Of a stretch of DNA of 64,000 nt, positions 19,329-28,836 are shown piece by piece (the first letter of the stretch is position 1; each line of letters opens with the position of its first letter). The translations under genes and the position numbers were made by a program. Under the pieces are notes generated by a model. The model was not told the DNA's origin. It did no database searches and saw nothing but the letters and a program-made list of their open reading frames with translations. Source of the stretch: Spirochaetia bacterium (GTDB lineage: Bacteria; Spirochaetota; Spirochaetia; SZUA-6; Bin103); the NCBI GenBank assembly GCA_965203055.1, contig OZ241863.1, positions 3,104,001 through 3,168,000 on the forward strand, written 5' to 3'.

Positions 19329-21183
19329 ACCAATGCCGCTGCGTTTCGAACATCTGCGCGTACAAGCCGCGCTGTTCCATCAGTCCGGCGTGCGTGCCGC
19401 TCTCCGCGATCACGCCGTCATCGATCAACAGAATCTCGTCGGCGATCTTGGTCGACCCCAGACGATGACTGATGAACAGCGTGGTGACGCCGGCCGAGGC
19501 TTGAGCGTAGCGCCGATAGAGGTCGCTCTCGGCCAGCGGATCCAGCGCGGCGGTGGGCTCGTCGAGGATCCGTACCGGCGCTCCGCTGGCCAGGGAGCGG
19601 GCTATGGCCAGTCGCTGCCACTCTCCGCCCGACGCGTCCACGCCGCCCGGCAACACCTTGCCGAGCGGCGTGTCGATGCCGCGCGGCAACCGCCGGAGGA
19701 AGTCATCGAGACCGGCGCGTTGCAGGATCGCTTCCGTTGCGGGGCCGCCGGCGTTCGCCAGATCTCCGAACGCGACGTTATCGCGTACCGTGAGCGAGTA
19801 GCGGGCGAAGTCCTGGTACACGATGCCGTAGAGCCCGTTCAAGGCGTCCTGCGGCCACTCGTCGATGGAGGCGCCGTCGATGCGGATCTCACCCGCGGTT
19901 GGCCGATACAGCCCGGCCAGCAGCTTGATGATGGTCGACTTGCCCGACCCGTTCGCTCCGACGAGAGCGTAGTGGCGGCCTGCCTGCAGCGAGAAGCTGA
20001 CGCCGGCGAGCACCGGCTGCTGCGTATTGGGGTAGGTAAAGCCAACGCCGTCGAACTCGATGCGCTCGATCGTTCCCCGCGGCTTGCGCCGCGTGAACGA
20101 CGCGCCGCGCTCTTCCAACCGGCAGAAGGAGGTCAGATCGACCAGAAACTCGCGGTACTGGGCGATACGAGAGGTAATCTCGACGATCTGCACGGCTACT
20201 ATGTTCTCCGCCTGCAACAGCGCTGCCACCGCCGCGGTGTAGAAGGCGATGTCGATCGTCCCGCTGCGCAGCGGCGGCAGCAACGCCAGCATGGCGGCGA
20301 TGATACTGCCGATCACGATCACGCTCCCTGCTCTGAAGCGGAACCATTGGCGCGCGCATATCTTCAGGTCCAGCCGGCGCTCCCGGTCGTACGCCGTACG
20401 CCAGCGATCGTTTACGTACTTCGAGTATCCGAACAGGGTCCGTTCGCCGGCCGAGTCCCGTCCCTGCAGGACGCTTCCCGCCAGATACTCGGCGCGGCGC
20501 CGGAGGACCGACAGACGGCGCTCCAGCCGGTACACGCGCCGCCCTCCTCTCACGCCTAAGAGAATGAGCGGCGCCATGACCACAACCACCGCGGGGATGA
20601 TCCACCACCCAATCCGGGCCAGCACGACGGCGATTCCGACCACCCGTACGATGAGGCCCGCGGCGCCGATCACGTCATCGAACGCCTGCTTGACGGGGCC
20701 TCGTTCGGGCGTCGGCTCCGCTTCCCCGCGCGGCCCCATCTCGAGTCGACGGATCAGGTCCATCGTACCCGGGTGCTCGACGTATCGGTACGCCAAGCGC
20801 GCCCGCTTCTCCGTCAAGTCGACCCGAAACCCGCGCCGCAGGCCCGCTTCGATCCGGGCGTCGGTAAGCGTACGCGCACTCGTTTCGAGCAGTTCTACGG
20901 TGAACAATGAAACCAGAACCGCGACCGGTACGGCAATCGCTTCCCAGGGAAGCCGGCCCGCCGCCGTCTCCAGGGCCGTGGCTATGAAGCGTTCGATTGC
21001 CAGGACCATGAGCGGGCCACTCGCGACGCCCGCGGCCAGCGCCAGTACCGCGCGGATCAGCGCCGCAATTGGCGCGTCCTCGAACACGATGCCGACGCCG
21101 CTCAGCAGCGTATAACACCGCCCGGAAAAGCGCCCTCGAAAGCCGGTGGATGGGCTATGGTTGGTCTTCAAAGGGCTGCCCAA
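19315..21183 (-). CDS. ABC exporter, fused permease-ATPase (probable heterodimer partner)
   Basis: TM domain followed by GANGSGKST, ASGGEWQR and LDEPTAALDP. Start is uncertain. Confidence 0.9.
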   Translation of the reverse strand: MGSPLKTNHSPSTGFRGRFSGRCYTLLSGVGIVFEDAPIAALIRAVLALAAGVASGPLMVLAIERFIATALETAAGRLPWEAIAVPVAVLVSLFTVELLETSARTLTDARIEAGLRRGFRVDLTEKRARLAYRYVEHPGTMDLIRRLEMGPRGEAEPTPERGPVKQAFDDVIGAAGLIVRVVGIAVVLARIGWWIIPAVVVVMAPLILLGVRGGRRVYRLERRLSVLRRRAEYLAGSVLQGRDSAGERTLFGYSKYVNDRWRTAYDRERRLDLKICARQWFRFRAGSVIVIGSIIAAMLALLPPLRSGTIDIAFYTAAVAALLQAENIVAVQIVEITSRIAQYREFLVDLTSFCRLEERGASFTRRKPRGTIERIEFDGVGFTYPNTQQPVLAGVSFSLQAGRHYALVGANGSGKSTIIKLLAGLYRPTAGEIRIDGASIDEWPQDALNGLYGIVYQDFARYSLTVRDNVAFGDLANAGGPATEAILQRAGLDDFLRRLPRGIDTPLGKVLPGGVDASGGEWQRLAIARSLASGAPVRILDEPTAALDPLAESDLYRRYAQASAGVTTLFISHRLGSTKIADEILLIDDGVIAESGTHAGLMEQRGLYAQMFETQRHWYGLS

Positions 21184-21185
21184 TC

Positions 21186-21221
21186 AAGAGAAGGAGGGCT
21201 CGGCGGCCTGCCAAGCCCTCC
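21186..21221 (-). terminator. Hairpin with pyrimidine tail after the peptide-binding protein gene
   Basis: GGAGGGCT (21193-21200) pairs with AGCCCTCC (21214-21221); the minus strand continues TTCTCTT. Confidence 0.55.
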
Positions 21222-21229
21222 CGTGGGGC

Positions 21230-22954
21230 CTAGTAGCCCATTGACCTCTTCAGATCCTGATCGATCCAGGTCCAGCCGAACGGCTGCAGGTAGGTATCGT
21301 CGTGGATCCAGCGGAACTCGCCGTAGTAGTTGTTGACCCACGGCCACCAGGCTTGCGAGATCGACTTCACGCCGTGCGGTATGTCGAGCGCCTGACTGAC
21401 CAGATACACCGCCGCTTCCTTGATGATCGCGGCCTGCGCGTCCGGGTCGGTCTCGGCGGCCATGCGCCGCATCATGTCGTCGAAGGTATCGTCGCTCCAC
21501 TGGTTGAGGTCGCGGGTGCGCCAGGACGACCAGTTGTTGGGCATGTCCAGCACCGGGTTGCCGGCGCCGTAGGCGTGCCGCGTCACGTGGTAGTCGTGGT
21601 TCCGGATCTTCTCCCGCTCCGCGGCCCCGGTCAGCCCGGAGATGTTGACGGTAACGCCGCAACGCTCCAATTGCGCCTTCCACAGCTCGCTGCGGCCGCC
21701 GCGAACGTGCATCGATTCCAGCTCGAATCCGTTCGGGAAGCCTTCCTCGGCCAGCATCTGCTTGGCCAGCTCGGGATCGTTGGAATACAGCACCGCCACG
21801 TCGTCCGGCAGCTCGGCGATCGGGGTGTACATGTTCTTCAGCGACGGGTAGATCGGCCACCAGTGAACCGGCAGCGCGCCCGGCTCCATCAAGCCGTGCG
21901 GGTCGGTAAGACCGTTGAACGCCTCGACGTCGGTGCAGATGAACAGCGCGCGCCGGACGTTCAGATTGTCCAGCGGCGGGCGCTTGACGTTCAGACCGAA
22001 GGCGGCGCCGAACGAGATCGCCAGGCGATCCTGAATCAGCTCCGGCGCGTTCTGGTCCAGCTCGGCCCACGACGGCCCGTAGACTGACGGCCCGCCGTCG
22101 GCGGTGCCGGTGCGCAGCGCCGCGACCTCGAACGAGAAGTCGGCCGCGATCGGCACCACGAATTCATCCAGGAACGGGAACTGGTACTCCTTGCCGTCGA
22201 TGACGGTGGTATTCCAGTAGTTCTCGTTCTTGACCATCGTGAAGTACTGGTCGGGCACGTACTGCTTGAACTGGAACGGACCGGTGCCGAGCTGGTTGTC
22301 CCACTCGCCGATGCCCTTCTCCAGCAGCTCCGGCGGGCTGATGTGCGACCGCCGCCGGCCCGCGAGCTCCAGGTTGAGCGAGGTATCGAAGGTCGCGAAC
22401 TCGATGATCACCTGATTGCCGTTGGCGCGGATGTCCTTGACCTTGTTGGTCCAGCTCGATCCCTCCGGGCCGTTCTTCCAGTGCAGCAGGTCGGACACGA
22501 TGTCCTCGGCGGTCAGCTCCCGGACCGGCATCCAGGACTGCTGCTGCTCGTTGGGCGCCCAGTTGATGCCCTCGCGCACCGTCCAGGTGATCTCCGTCGG
22601 AGTTACCTGCCAATCGGTGATCAACAGGCCCTTCCAGTACTTCTCGGGAATCGCGCCGATCAGCTTGAAGTCCCATTCGTTGCTGCCGCGCGGACCGTAG
22701 GTCTCGAAGTCGCCGATCATCGGCGTCTCCTGGATCAGCGAGGTGTACCACGTCCGGCCACCGTTCTGGTCCGCCGGATCCGGGCTGCCCGGCTTGTTGC
22801 CGGCGCGCGGCGCTATGGTGAAGGTCCCGCCGTAGACCGGCTCGCCGTCAGCCGCCATCGTGGCCGCGCTGGTCTCCTCCTCGCCGCTGGCAAACGACGT
22901 CGCCGCGGCGAGCGCCAAGGACAGCGCTGCCAACGTCAACTTTCTCATACGCAT
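21230..22954 (-). CDS. ABC transporter substrate-binding protein (family 5, DppA/OppA-like)
   Basis: Signal peptide, EPVYGGT, GTGPFQF, LNVRRAL and AKQMLAEEGFPNGF motifs; AAGGAGG RBS. Confidence 0.9.
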   Translation of the reverse strand: MRMRKLTLAALSLALAAATSFASGEEETSAATMAADGEPVYGGTFTIAPRAGNKPGSPDPADQNGGRTWYTSLIQETPMIGDFETYGPRGSNEWDFKLIGAIPEKYWKGLLITDWQVTPTEITWTVREGINWAPNEQQQSWMPVRELTAEDIVSDLLHWKNGPEGSSWTNKVKDIRANGNQVIIEFATFDTSLNLELAGRRRSHISPPELLEKGIGEWDNQLGTGPFQFKQYVPDQYFTMVKNENYWNTTVIDGKEYQFPFLDEFVVPIAADFSFEVAALRTGTADGGPSVYGPSWAELDQNAPELIQDRLAISFGAAFGLNVKRPPLDNLNVRRALFICTDVEAFNGLTDPHGLMEPGALPVHWWPIYPSLKNMYTPIAELPDDVAVLYSNDPELAKQMLAEEGFPNGFELESMHVRGGRSELWKAQLERCGVTVNISGLTGAAEREKIRNHDYHVTRHAYGAGNPVLDMPNNWSSWRTRDLNQWSDDTFDDMMRRMAAETDPDAQAAIIKEAAVYLVSQALDIPHGVKSISQAWWPWVNNYYGEFRWIHDDTYLQPFGWTWIDQDLKRSMGY

Positions 22955-23118
22955 TCCTCCTTAAGGAACTGATCGAGAGATACGGACCCCGCCTGCCGAC
23001 CGCTCGCTCCGCGAGGTGGCTCAGTGGAGGCCCGGACTCTCAGTGTACGACGTATCCCCGTCCCGTGTCTACCCACCCGCCGCCGCCGCGCCGTACGCAT
23101 GCGCCGGTACACTGCGGA

Positions 23119-24084
23119 TCAGGTTGCCGGCGGGGAGTCGGCGTCGCTCTTTTGCAGCTTGCGCCGGGCGGCGTTTCCGCTGAAGCGCCCGGCGCCGCCG
23201 CGCAGCCTGGGATCCAGGATGTCGCGCAGGGCGTCGCCGAACATGTTGGTGCCGTACACCACCAGGGCCAGCGCCACGCCGGGCCAGATCACCAGGTGAG
23301 GCGCCTGGAACATGTGGAAGCGCACCTGTCCGCTGAGCATCGCTCCCCAGCTCGGGGTGGGCGGGCCGATGCCGAAACCGAGAAAGCTCAGTCCCGCCTC
23401 GGCGAGGATGTATCCCGGAACGCTGCCGGAAAACAGCACGATGGTCGGCGCCAGGATGTTGGGCAGCACGTGGCGCAGCAGGATGCGCCCGGTGCCGCTG
23501 CCGATTGCATGCGCCGCCGCCAGATACATGTCTTCCTTGATGCGGATCACGGTGCTGCGAATCAGCCGCGAGCCGACGATGCCGCCCAGCGACAGGATGA
23601 AGATCATGGCCCATACCGAGGTGCCGATGATCGACACCATCACCATCAGGATGATCAGACCGGGTATCGCCATCCAGGCGTCCACGAAGCGTTGGATGAC
23701 CATGTCCACGATGCCGCCCAGGTAGCCTGAGAGAATGCCGAGGATCAGCGAGATCACGACCGACGTGGCCGACGCCGCCAGGCCGATCGTCAGCGACGTG
23801 CGGGTGCCGATGACGATGCGGCTGAACATGTCGCGCCCCAGCAGGTCCGATCCCAGCAGAAACTCCCGCCCCGGCGGCTGCAGCCGCTTGTTGATGTCCG
23901 AGGCGTTCATGTCGTAGGGCGCTATCGTCTCCGCGAACACCGCCGTCAGCAGCGACGCGACGGTGATCAGCAGACCGAACGCGCCGAGCGGATGGTGGCG
24001 AAACAGCTTCACGAAGAAGCCGCCGATCCGGTTCGGCTCCTGCGTCTCGGCGGCCAGTATGCGCGTTACGTTGGCGTCCGCCAT
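23119..24084 (-). CDS. DppC-like ABC permease
   Basis: LLGSDLLGRDMFSR, RHVLPNI and EAGLSFLG...PSWG motifs; start at ATG 24084. Confidence 0.92.
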   Translation of the reverse strand: MADANVTRILAAETQEPNRIGGFFVKLFRHHPLGAFGLLITVASLLTAVFAETIAPYDMNASDINKRLQPPGREFLLGSDLLGRDMFSRIVIGTRTSLTIGLAASATSVVISLILGILSGYLGGIVDMVIQRFVDAWMAIPGLIILMVMVSIIGTSVWAMIFILSLGGIVGSRLIRSTVIRIKEDMYLAAAHAIGSGTGRILLRHVLPNILAPTIVLFSGSVPGYILAEAGLSFLGFGIGPPTPSWGAMLSGQVRFHMFQAPHLVIWPGVALALVVYGTNMFGDALRDILDPRLRGGAGRFSGNAARRKLQKSDADSPPAT

Positions 24085-24086
24085 CG

Positions 24087-25076
24087 CTACTTGTACTGCA
24101 CCTTGGGGTCCAGAAATCCGTACAGGATGTCGGTGATTACGTTGATCACCACGATGCCGAACGAAATGACGATCATGATCCCGCTGATCAACGGATAATC
24201 GCGCGTGTTGAGCGCCGTGATCCCCATGAACCCCATACCCGGCAGGTTGAAGATCTGTTCGATGATGACCGAGCCGCTGATCAGAATCGGGATCTGCAGG
24301 CCCATCACGGTCACCACCGGGATCATGGTGTTCTTCAACGCGTGGCGGGCCACCACCAGCACCTCCCGGAGTCCCTTCGACCACGCCGTGCGGATGTAGT
24401 CCTGGCGCAGGACCTCGAGCATCATGGTCCGCACCCAGCGCATCATCCCCCCCCCCATCAGCAGCGCCGTGACCAGCGCCGGCACCCAGATGCCGCGCAG
24501 ATTCTTCAGCGGGTTGTCCAGGAACGGGGTCCACAACACCGGCGGCAGATAGCCCCACCACAGGCCGGGAAACACGATGACTACGGTGGCCACCCAGAAG
24601 CTGGGCGCCGAGATGAAGATGATCGCGAAGCTGCGCCCGGCGTAGTCGGCCAACGTGTTCTGGCGCAGCGCCGAGATGATCCCGATCGGCAGCGAGATGA
24701 GCTGCGCCAGGATGAAGCTGATCAGCCCCAGCTCGAAGGTGACCGGCAGCTTCTCGCCGATCATCTCCGTCACCGGCCGCCGCTGCTTCCACGAGATGCC
24801 CAGATCGCCCTGCAGCAGTCCGGCGTAGACGCCGTCCGCCTGCGGGGTCACCCCCAGGAACCGCCCGTACTGCAGCACCGGCGACTGGCCAAGGCCGTAG
24901 TGCGCCCGCAGCTTTTCCTCGTCCACCTCGGCGATCACCCCGGCCTCCTCCATCTGCCAGATCAGGTCGTCCACGATGTCGCCGGGCACCATCCGCATCA
25001 GGAAGAAGATGATGAGGGTGATGATGAAGACGGTCGGGATGACCAGCAGCAATCGCCTGATCAGGTAAGCTCGCAT
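24087..25076 (-). CDS. DppB-like ABC permease
   Basis: YLIRRLL, PGD, QDYIRTAWSKGL, HALKN and RDYP motifs. Confidence 0.93.
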   Translation of the reverse strand: MRAYLIRRLLLVIPTVFIITLIIFFLMRMVPGDIVDDLIWQMEEAGVIAEVDEEKLRAHYGLGQSPVLQYGRFLGVTPQADGVYAGLLQGDLGISWKQRRPVTEMIGEKLPVTFELGLISFILAQLISLPIGIISALRQNTLADYAGRSFAIIFISAPSFWVATVVIVFPGLWWGYLPPVLWTPFLDNPLKNLRGIWVPALVTALLMGGGMMRWVRTMMLEVLRQDYIRTAWSKGLREVLVVARHALKNTMIPVVTVMGLQIPILISGSVIIEQIFNLPGMGFMGITALNTRDYPLISGIMIVISFGIVVINVITDILYGFLDPKVQYK

Positions 25077-25422
25077 GTCCGTGGGGAGGCTTCTTCTACC
25101 GCACCGCTCGAACCCCTGTCAAGCTCTCAGGCCGCGCCGGGCGGGCGCAGGGCGCCGCGGCCAGCGCCCGGAGGGCCCGCGGCGCGGCAGCAACTCGGCG
25201 GCTCCGGCGGCGGGTGGCGGGCGGCGGACCGCGGCGGTGGCGGCGGCGCTACCGTCGGTCGCCGATGGAGCCGGCCAATAGCGCGTCGTGGTGGTCAGCC
25301 GCTGTGCAGCCCGGCAGGGCCGTAGTACCAGTCCACGCCGTCGGCGCAGCAAGGGTAGGGTAACTCCGTCTACCCCCCAGCAGCGGTTGACGGAACGGCC
25401 GCCCATCGTAAGATTGCGCGGC

Positions 25423-25836
25423 ATGGGCCTCATTTACGCCGAGGCGCGCCTGTCCAACCCCCGAGACGGCGCGCTGGCGCCGTTGCAGGTCAAGGCGCTG
25501 GTGGACACCGGAGCGATCACGCTCTGCATCCCGCAGCACGTCGCCGTCCAACTGAACCTGTCCGAGCTCGAACGACGGGAGGTGACGACGGCGGACGGAA
25601 CGCGCCGCGCCGTTCCCTACGTCGGACCCGTGCAGGTCGGGTTCGGGAACCGGTCGTGCTTCACCGGCGCGCTGGTCATCGGCGACAGCGTGTTGTTGGG
25701 CGCCATCCCCCTGGAAGACATGGACTTGGTCATCGACGCTTCCCGGCAGCGCCTGACCGTCAACCCGGACAGCCCCAACATCCCCTCCGCCCTGGTCAAG
25801 TCCTTCGTCCCGGTAGTTCCGCGATCCGTTTGCTGA
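25423..25836 (+). CDS. Clan AA (retropepsin-like) aspartic protease
   Basis: ALVDTGA catalytic motif, TADG flap and LLGAIPLEDMDL. Confidence 0.85.
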   Translation: MGLIYAEARLSNPRDGALAPLQVKALVDTGAITLCIPQHVAVQLNLSELERREVTTADGTRRAVPYVGPVQVGFGNRSCFTGALVIGDSVLLGAIPLEDMDLVIDASRQRLTVNPDSPNIPSALVKSFVPVVPRSVC

Positions 25837-27304
25837 CGTCATCGGCGACTTCGAGCATTTCGGCAGGAGCGCGAACCGTCTCCCCTTGGCGCTGCCGCAG
25901 GGCGACGATGAGCGGCGCCAACGCTGCTGCCTTTTCCGGTTCGGTCCGCAGGATTGCGATCACTTCGCTCTCCGGGACGCCGCCGGCGAGCAGGATGGAT
26001 ACGCCCTCGATGACCGCCGGCGCCATGGTTTCCAGTTCGGGAGCGAGCGCGGCGTACCCGGTGCAAAACCAGGCGCTGGGCGCCGCCATCCGGGGGTACG
26101 GCGCCTTCCAGGCGACCTCGGCGCGCGTGTCGCCGGTATAGAAGACCGTCATGAAGCGGAGCAGGCTTCTTACCGCGGCGGCTTGGTCACGTTCGCGCCG
26201 GAGTTTGTAGTAGATGCTGTAGAGGCGTTGCGCGGCGGAGTAGAGCCGGTGCGGGCCGCCGGGCCGCCGGATCACCGCTCCGCGATGGGCCAGCCGGCCG
26301 AGCATGGTGGATACCGTGCGGATGTCCAGGCGCGCGCGCCCGGCGATCTCTCCGGCCGTCGACGGTTGCCAGAGGTCGATCAGAGCGAGGTAGACGCGGC
26401 GCTCGGTCTTGCCGATGGTTTCCAGATGGCCGCGAAAGTACTCGGTGTGATCGTCGATCAGCTTTACCAAGTGTTCCGTCAACCGGCGAATGGACCGGTG
26501 TCGTGAGAATACGGCGGTAATTGCCAACAGACGCGGATCGCCGCCGGTGAGGATTTCCAAAGGTCTGATCTGGCGTTCGCTCACCGTGCGGCCGCTGAGG
26601 GTCTGCCACAGACAGCGGCACTGCGCCGTGTCCAAGGGCGGCAGACCGATTATCCGGAATAGCTCGAAGAACGGCTCCCGGGCATCGTCGAGCGCCTCGA
26701 AGCGGCTGGTCGCGGTGGCGAGCAGGATGATCTGAGGCTCCGTCTGCAGCGTCTTGCGCAGCTTCCACCCGAAGTCGCCATCCACGTTGCCGTACAGTCC
26801 CTGCAGGTTTTCCACCATCACCACGAGTTGCTTGCCGAGCCGGTCCGCCGCTTCGAGGACGGCGACCCGGGCGCGTTCATCCAGTTCTCGCTCCCGCCAG
26901 CGGGCGGCGAGATCGGCGTGCGTCTCTCGCAGGTTCCGCGCGAACTCCGGATGTTGCGTACTCGTCTCCAGGGCGAGGTAGAACAACGCGTCGAGCCAGA
27001 AATCCGCTGCGTTGAAGATCTCATGGCTCTCCTCCATGAAGCGGACCGGCAGCAGCCGCGCCGACAGTCCGGGGTCGGTGCGCAACTCGGCGGCCACGCG
27101 CGCCAGGAGCATGGTCTTGCCGCGGCCTCGGGGGCCGACGATCAGCGTGTGCTGACAAGACTCGGCATCGACGTTGCCGCGCAGGACCTCGAGCACCGCA
27201 TCGAGCTCGTGACGGCGAACGACGTACTGCTCGATGATCTCCGCGTCCGATTGGAACGTACCGGGATTGAACGTGCGTACGACGTGATTCTGCAAAGCGC
27301 TCAT
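25796..27304 (-). CDS. P-loop ATPase with winged HTH and degenerate Walker B
   Basis: GPRGRGKT, VVMVENL, TGGDPR, and an HTH-like STAGEIAGRARLDIRTVSTMLGRL segment. Confidence 0.8.
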   Translation of the reverse strand: MSALQNHVVRTFNPGTFQSDAEIIEQYVVRRHELDAVLEVLRGNVDAESCQHTLIVGPRGRGKTMLLARVAAELRTDPGLSARLLPVRFMEESHEIFNAADFWLDALFYLALETSTQHPEFARNLRETHADLAARWRERELDERARVAVLEAADRLGKQLVVMVENLQGLYGNVDGDFGWKLRKTLQTEPQIILLATATSRFEALDDAREPFFELFRIIGLPPLDTAQCRCLWQTLSGRTVSERQIRPLEILTGGDPRLLAITAVFSRHRSIRRLTEHLVKLIDDHTEYFRGHLETIGKTERRVYLALIDLWQPSTAGEIAGRARLDIRTVSTMLGRLAHRGAVIRRPGGPHRLYSAAQRLYSIYYKLRRERDQAAAVRSLLRFMTVFYTGDTRAEVAWKAPYPRMAAPSAWFCTGYAALAPELETMAPAVIEGVSILLAGGVPESEVIAILRTEPEKAAALAPLIVALRQRQGETVRAPAEMLEVADDVSKRIAELPGRRT

Positions 27305-28515
27305 CGGCGCGAGATCGGAACGTGGTGGTCACGGAAGCGCGCTGCCCACCAGTCTTTGAGAAGGCGGGACGGAAAGCGGTACCCGTCGTCCCGATGTTCA
27401 AGATAGCCGTCGTGCAGCAACACGTCCATCACCTCGATGATGCGGCCCTGCGCGTCGTCGAGCAAGCGGGAGTACAACTCACCGAGGCGGTCACGCGCAA
27501 CAGCGGTAAACACCTCTTGAGTGGCCGCTTCCGCAAGTACCTCCATGGCGATGGATCGGCTCTCGTTGTCGAGCCCGTCGCGGAGACGCGTCTCGTAATG
27601 CGCAAGATCGTTCTGGCCGGAAGGTCCGAGAAGGCGCGTATCGTATACCGTTCTGACGTCGTCTACCGTCACGCGGCCACGGTTCTCCATGACGGCGAAT
27701 TCACACAGATGGGAGAAGAACGACTGTACTTGGTAGGGAACACCAATGCCTAGCGCGTCGTATACTGCGCCGGCGACGCCATCATCGAAAGACGGCGAGC
27801 TGTTGCTCCTTGCGAGCAGGTCGAAGCATTCGACACTGAGTTCGCGGCTCCACGGTAGGAGACGAAAGAGCTGCAGGTAGTTGATGCGATCGGGTATTCC
27901 GAGGCGCTGCACCATGGGTGCGAGGCCGATGCTGCCGGACACCATGAGAACGGGCGAACCGCTGCCCAGACCTTGGAATGCACCGCGCAGCCAGCTCAGG
28001 AACCGCTCGACCCGTTGGGGACCGCCAGTTTCGTCCAGCATCCGCTTGAGAAAGACGGGCAGCTCGTCGATCACGAGGAGAACCTGCTTGTCGTGTTCGG
28101 CGCAGCTACGGAGCAGCCGCTCTCCGTGATCTCTCCAGTTTCCTGCTGCCAGCCGCTCGCGGACCCTCAAGCGGAAGCCACTTGCTCCGATCTCCTCGAC
28201 GGTTCCAAGAGCTTGCCGAGCCGCGGCTCCCCAGCGCGACATGATTGAGCGCACCTGGTACGCCGCGTGCGCGATGTCCGCGATCACGTCTTCGGGGCAG
28301 GTCGCGTCCTCCACGTTGGTGAAGAGCATGGTCCAATCGCCGGAGTCGGTGAGCCGGCGGCCGAGTTCTCGCGCGACGCTCGTCTTGCCCATGCGTCGTT
28401 GCCCGGCCAGCAGCACGTGATTGCCGGCACGCACCCGCATCTCCAGTATCCGAAGCTCGCGGTCGCGGTCGAAGAAGTCGGAGCCGCTCACCCAGCGGCC
28501 AGTCGCTGATTTCAT
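27301..28515 (-). CDS. STAND/archaeal-ATPase-like ATP-binding protein
   Basis: FFDRDRE, GQRRMGKTS, LLVIDELP and SGSIG motifs; C-terminal LLHDGYL...FPSRLLKDWW. Confidence 0.85.
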   Translation of the reverse strand: MKSATGRWVSGSDFFDRDRELRILEMRVRAGNHVLLAGQRRMGKTSVARELGRRLTDSGDWTMLFTNVEDATCPEDVIADIAHAAYQVRSIMSRWGAAARQALGTVEEIGASGFRLRVRERLAAGNWRDHGERLLRSCAEHDKQVLLVIDELPVFLKRMLDETGGPQRVERFLSWLRGAFQGLGSGSPVLMVSGSIGLAPMVQRLGIPDRINYLQLFRLLPWSRELSVECFDLLARSNSSPSFDDGVAGAVYDALGIGVPYQVQSFFSHLCEFAVMENRGRVTVDDVRTVYDTRLLGPSGQNDLAHYETRLRDGLDNESRSIAMEVLAEAATQEVFTAVARDRLGELYSRLLDDAQGRIIEVMDVLLHDGYLEHRDDGYRFPSRLLKDWWAARFRDHHVPISRR

Positions 28516-28536
28516 ATCGCAGGTCCTCGCACTTCA

Positions 28537-28565
28537 ACGATACGTAGATACTAACCTGTTGTCAA
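28537..28565 (-). promoter_or_regulatory. Sigma70-type promoter of the ATPase pair
   Basis: Minus strand TTGACA-N17-TATCGT, ending 21 bp before the ATG at 28515. Confidence 0.65.
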
Positions 28566-28836
28566 CAACATTGTGGACCACTGATCGGTTGAACTGATTG
28601 CTGCCCTGGACGCCTTGTGTCACGGGCTGATCTCGCTACGCCGACGCGAACTGACGTATCCGCTGTGGCAGGCAGCACACGGCAACGTCGTTTTGCGGTA
28701 TACTTCGGGCGATGTGTGCGCTGGCGCGCCACTCTCGTTCGGAAGCGCCAGCTTGGCCACTATTGAATCTGGCGCAGATGCAGGCCGGCGCGTTGTGTGG
28801 CGCAGGCTCGAAACCTCAAGCGTAGAGGCACTCACT

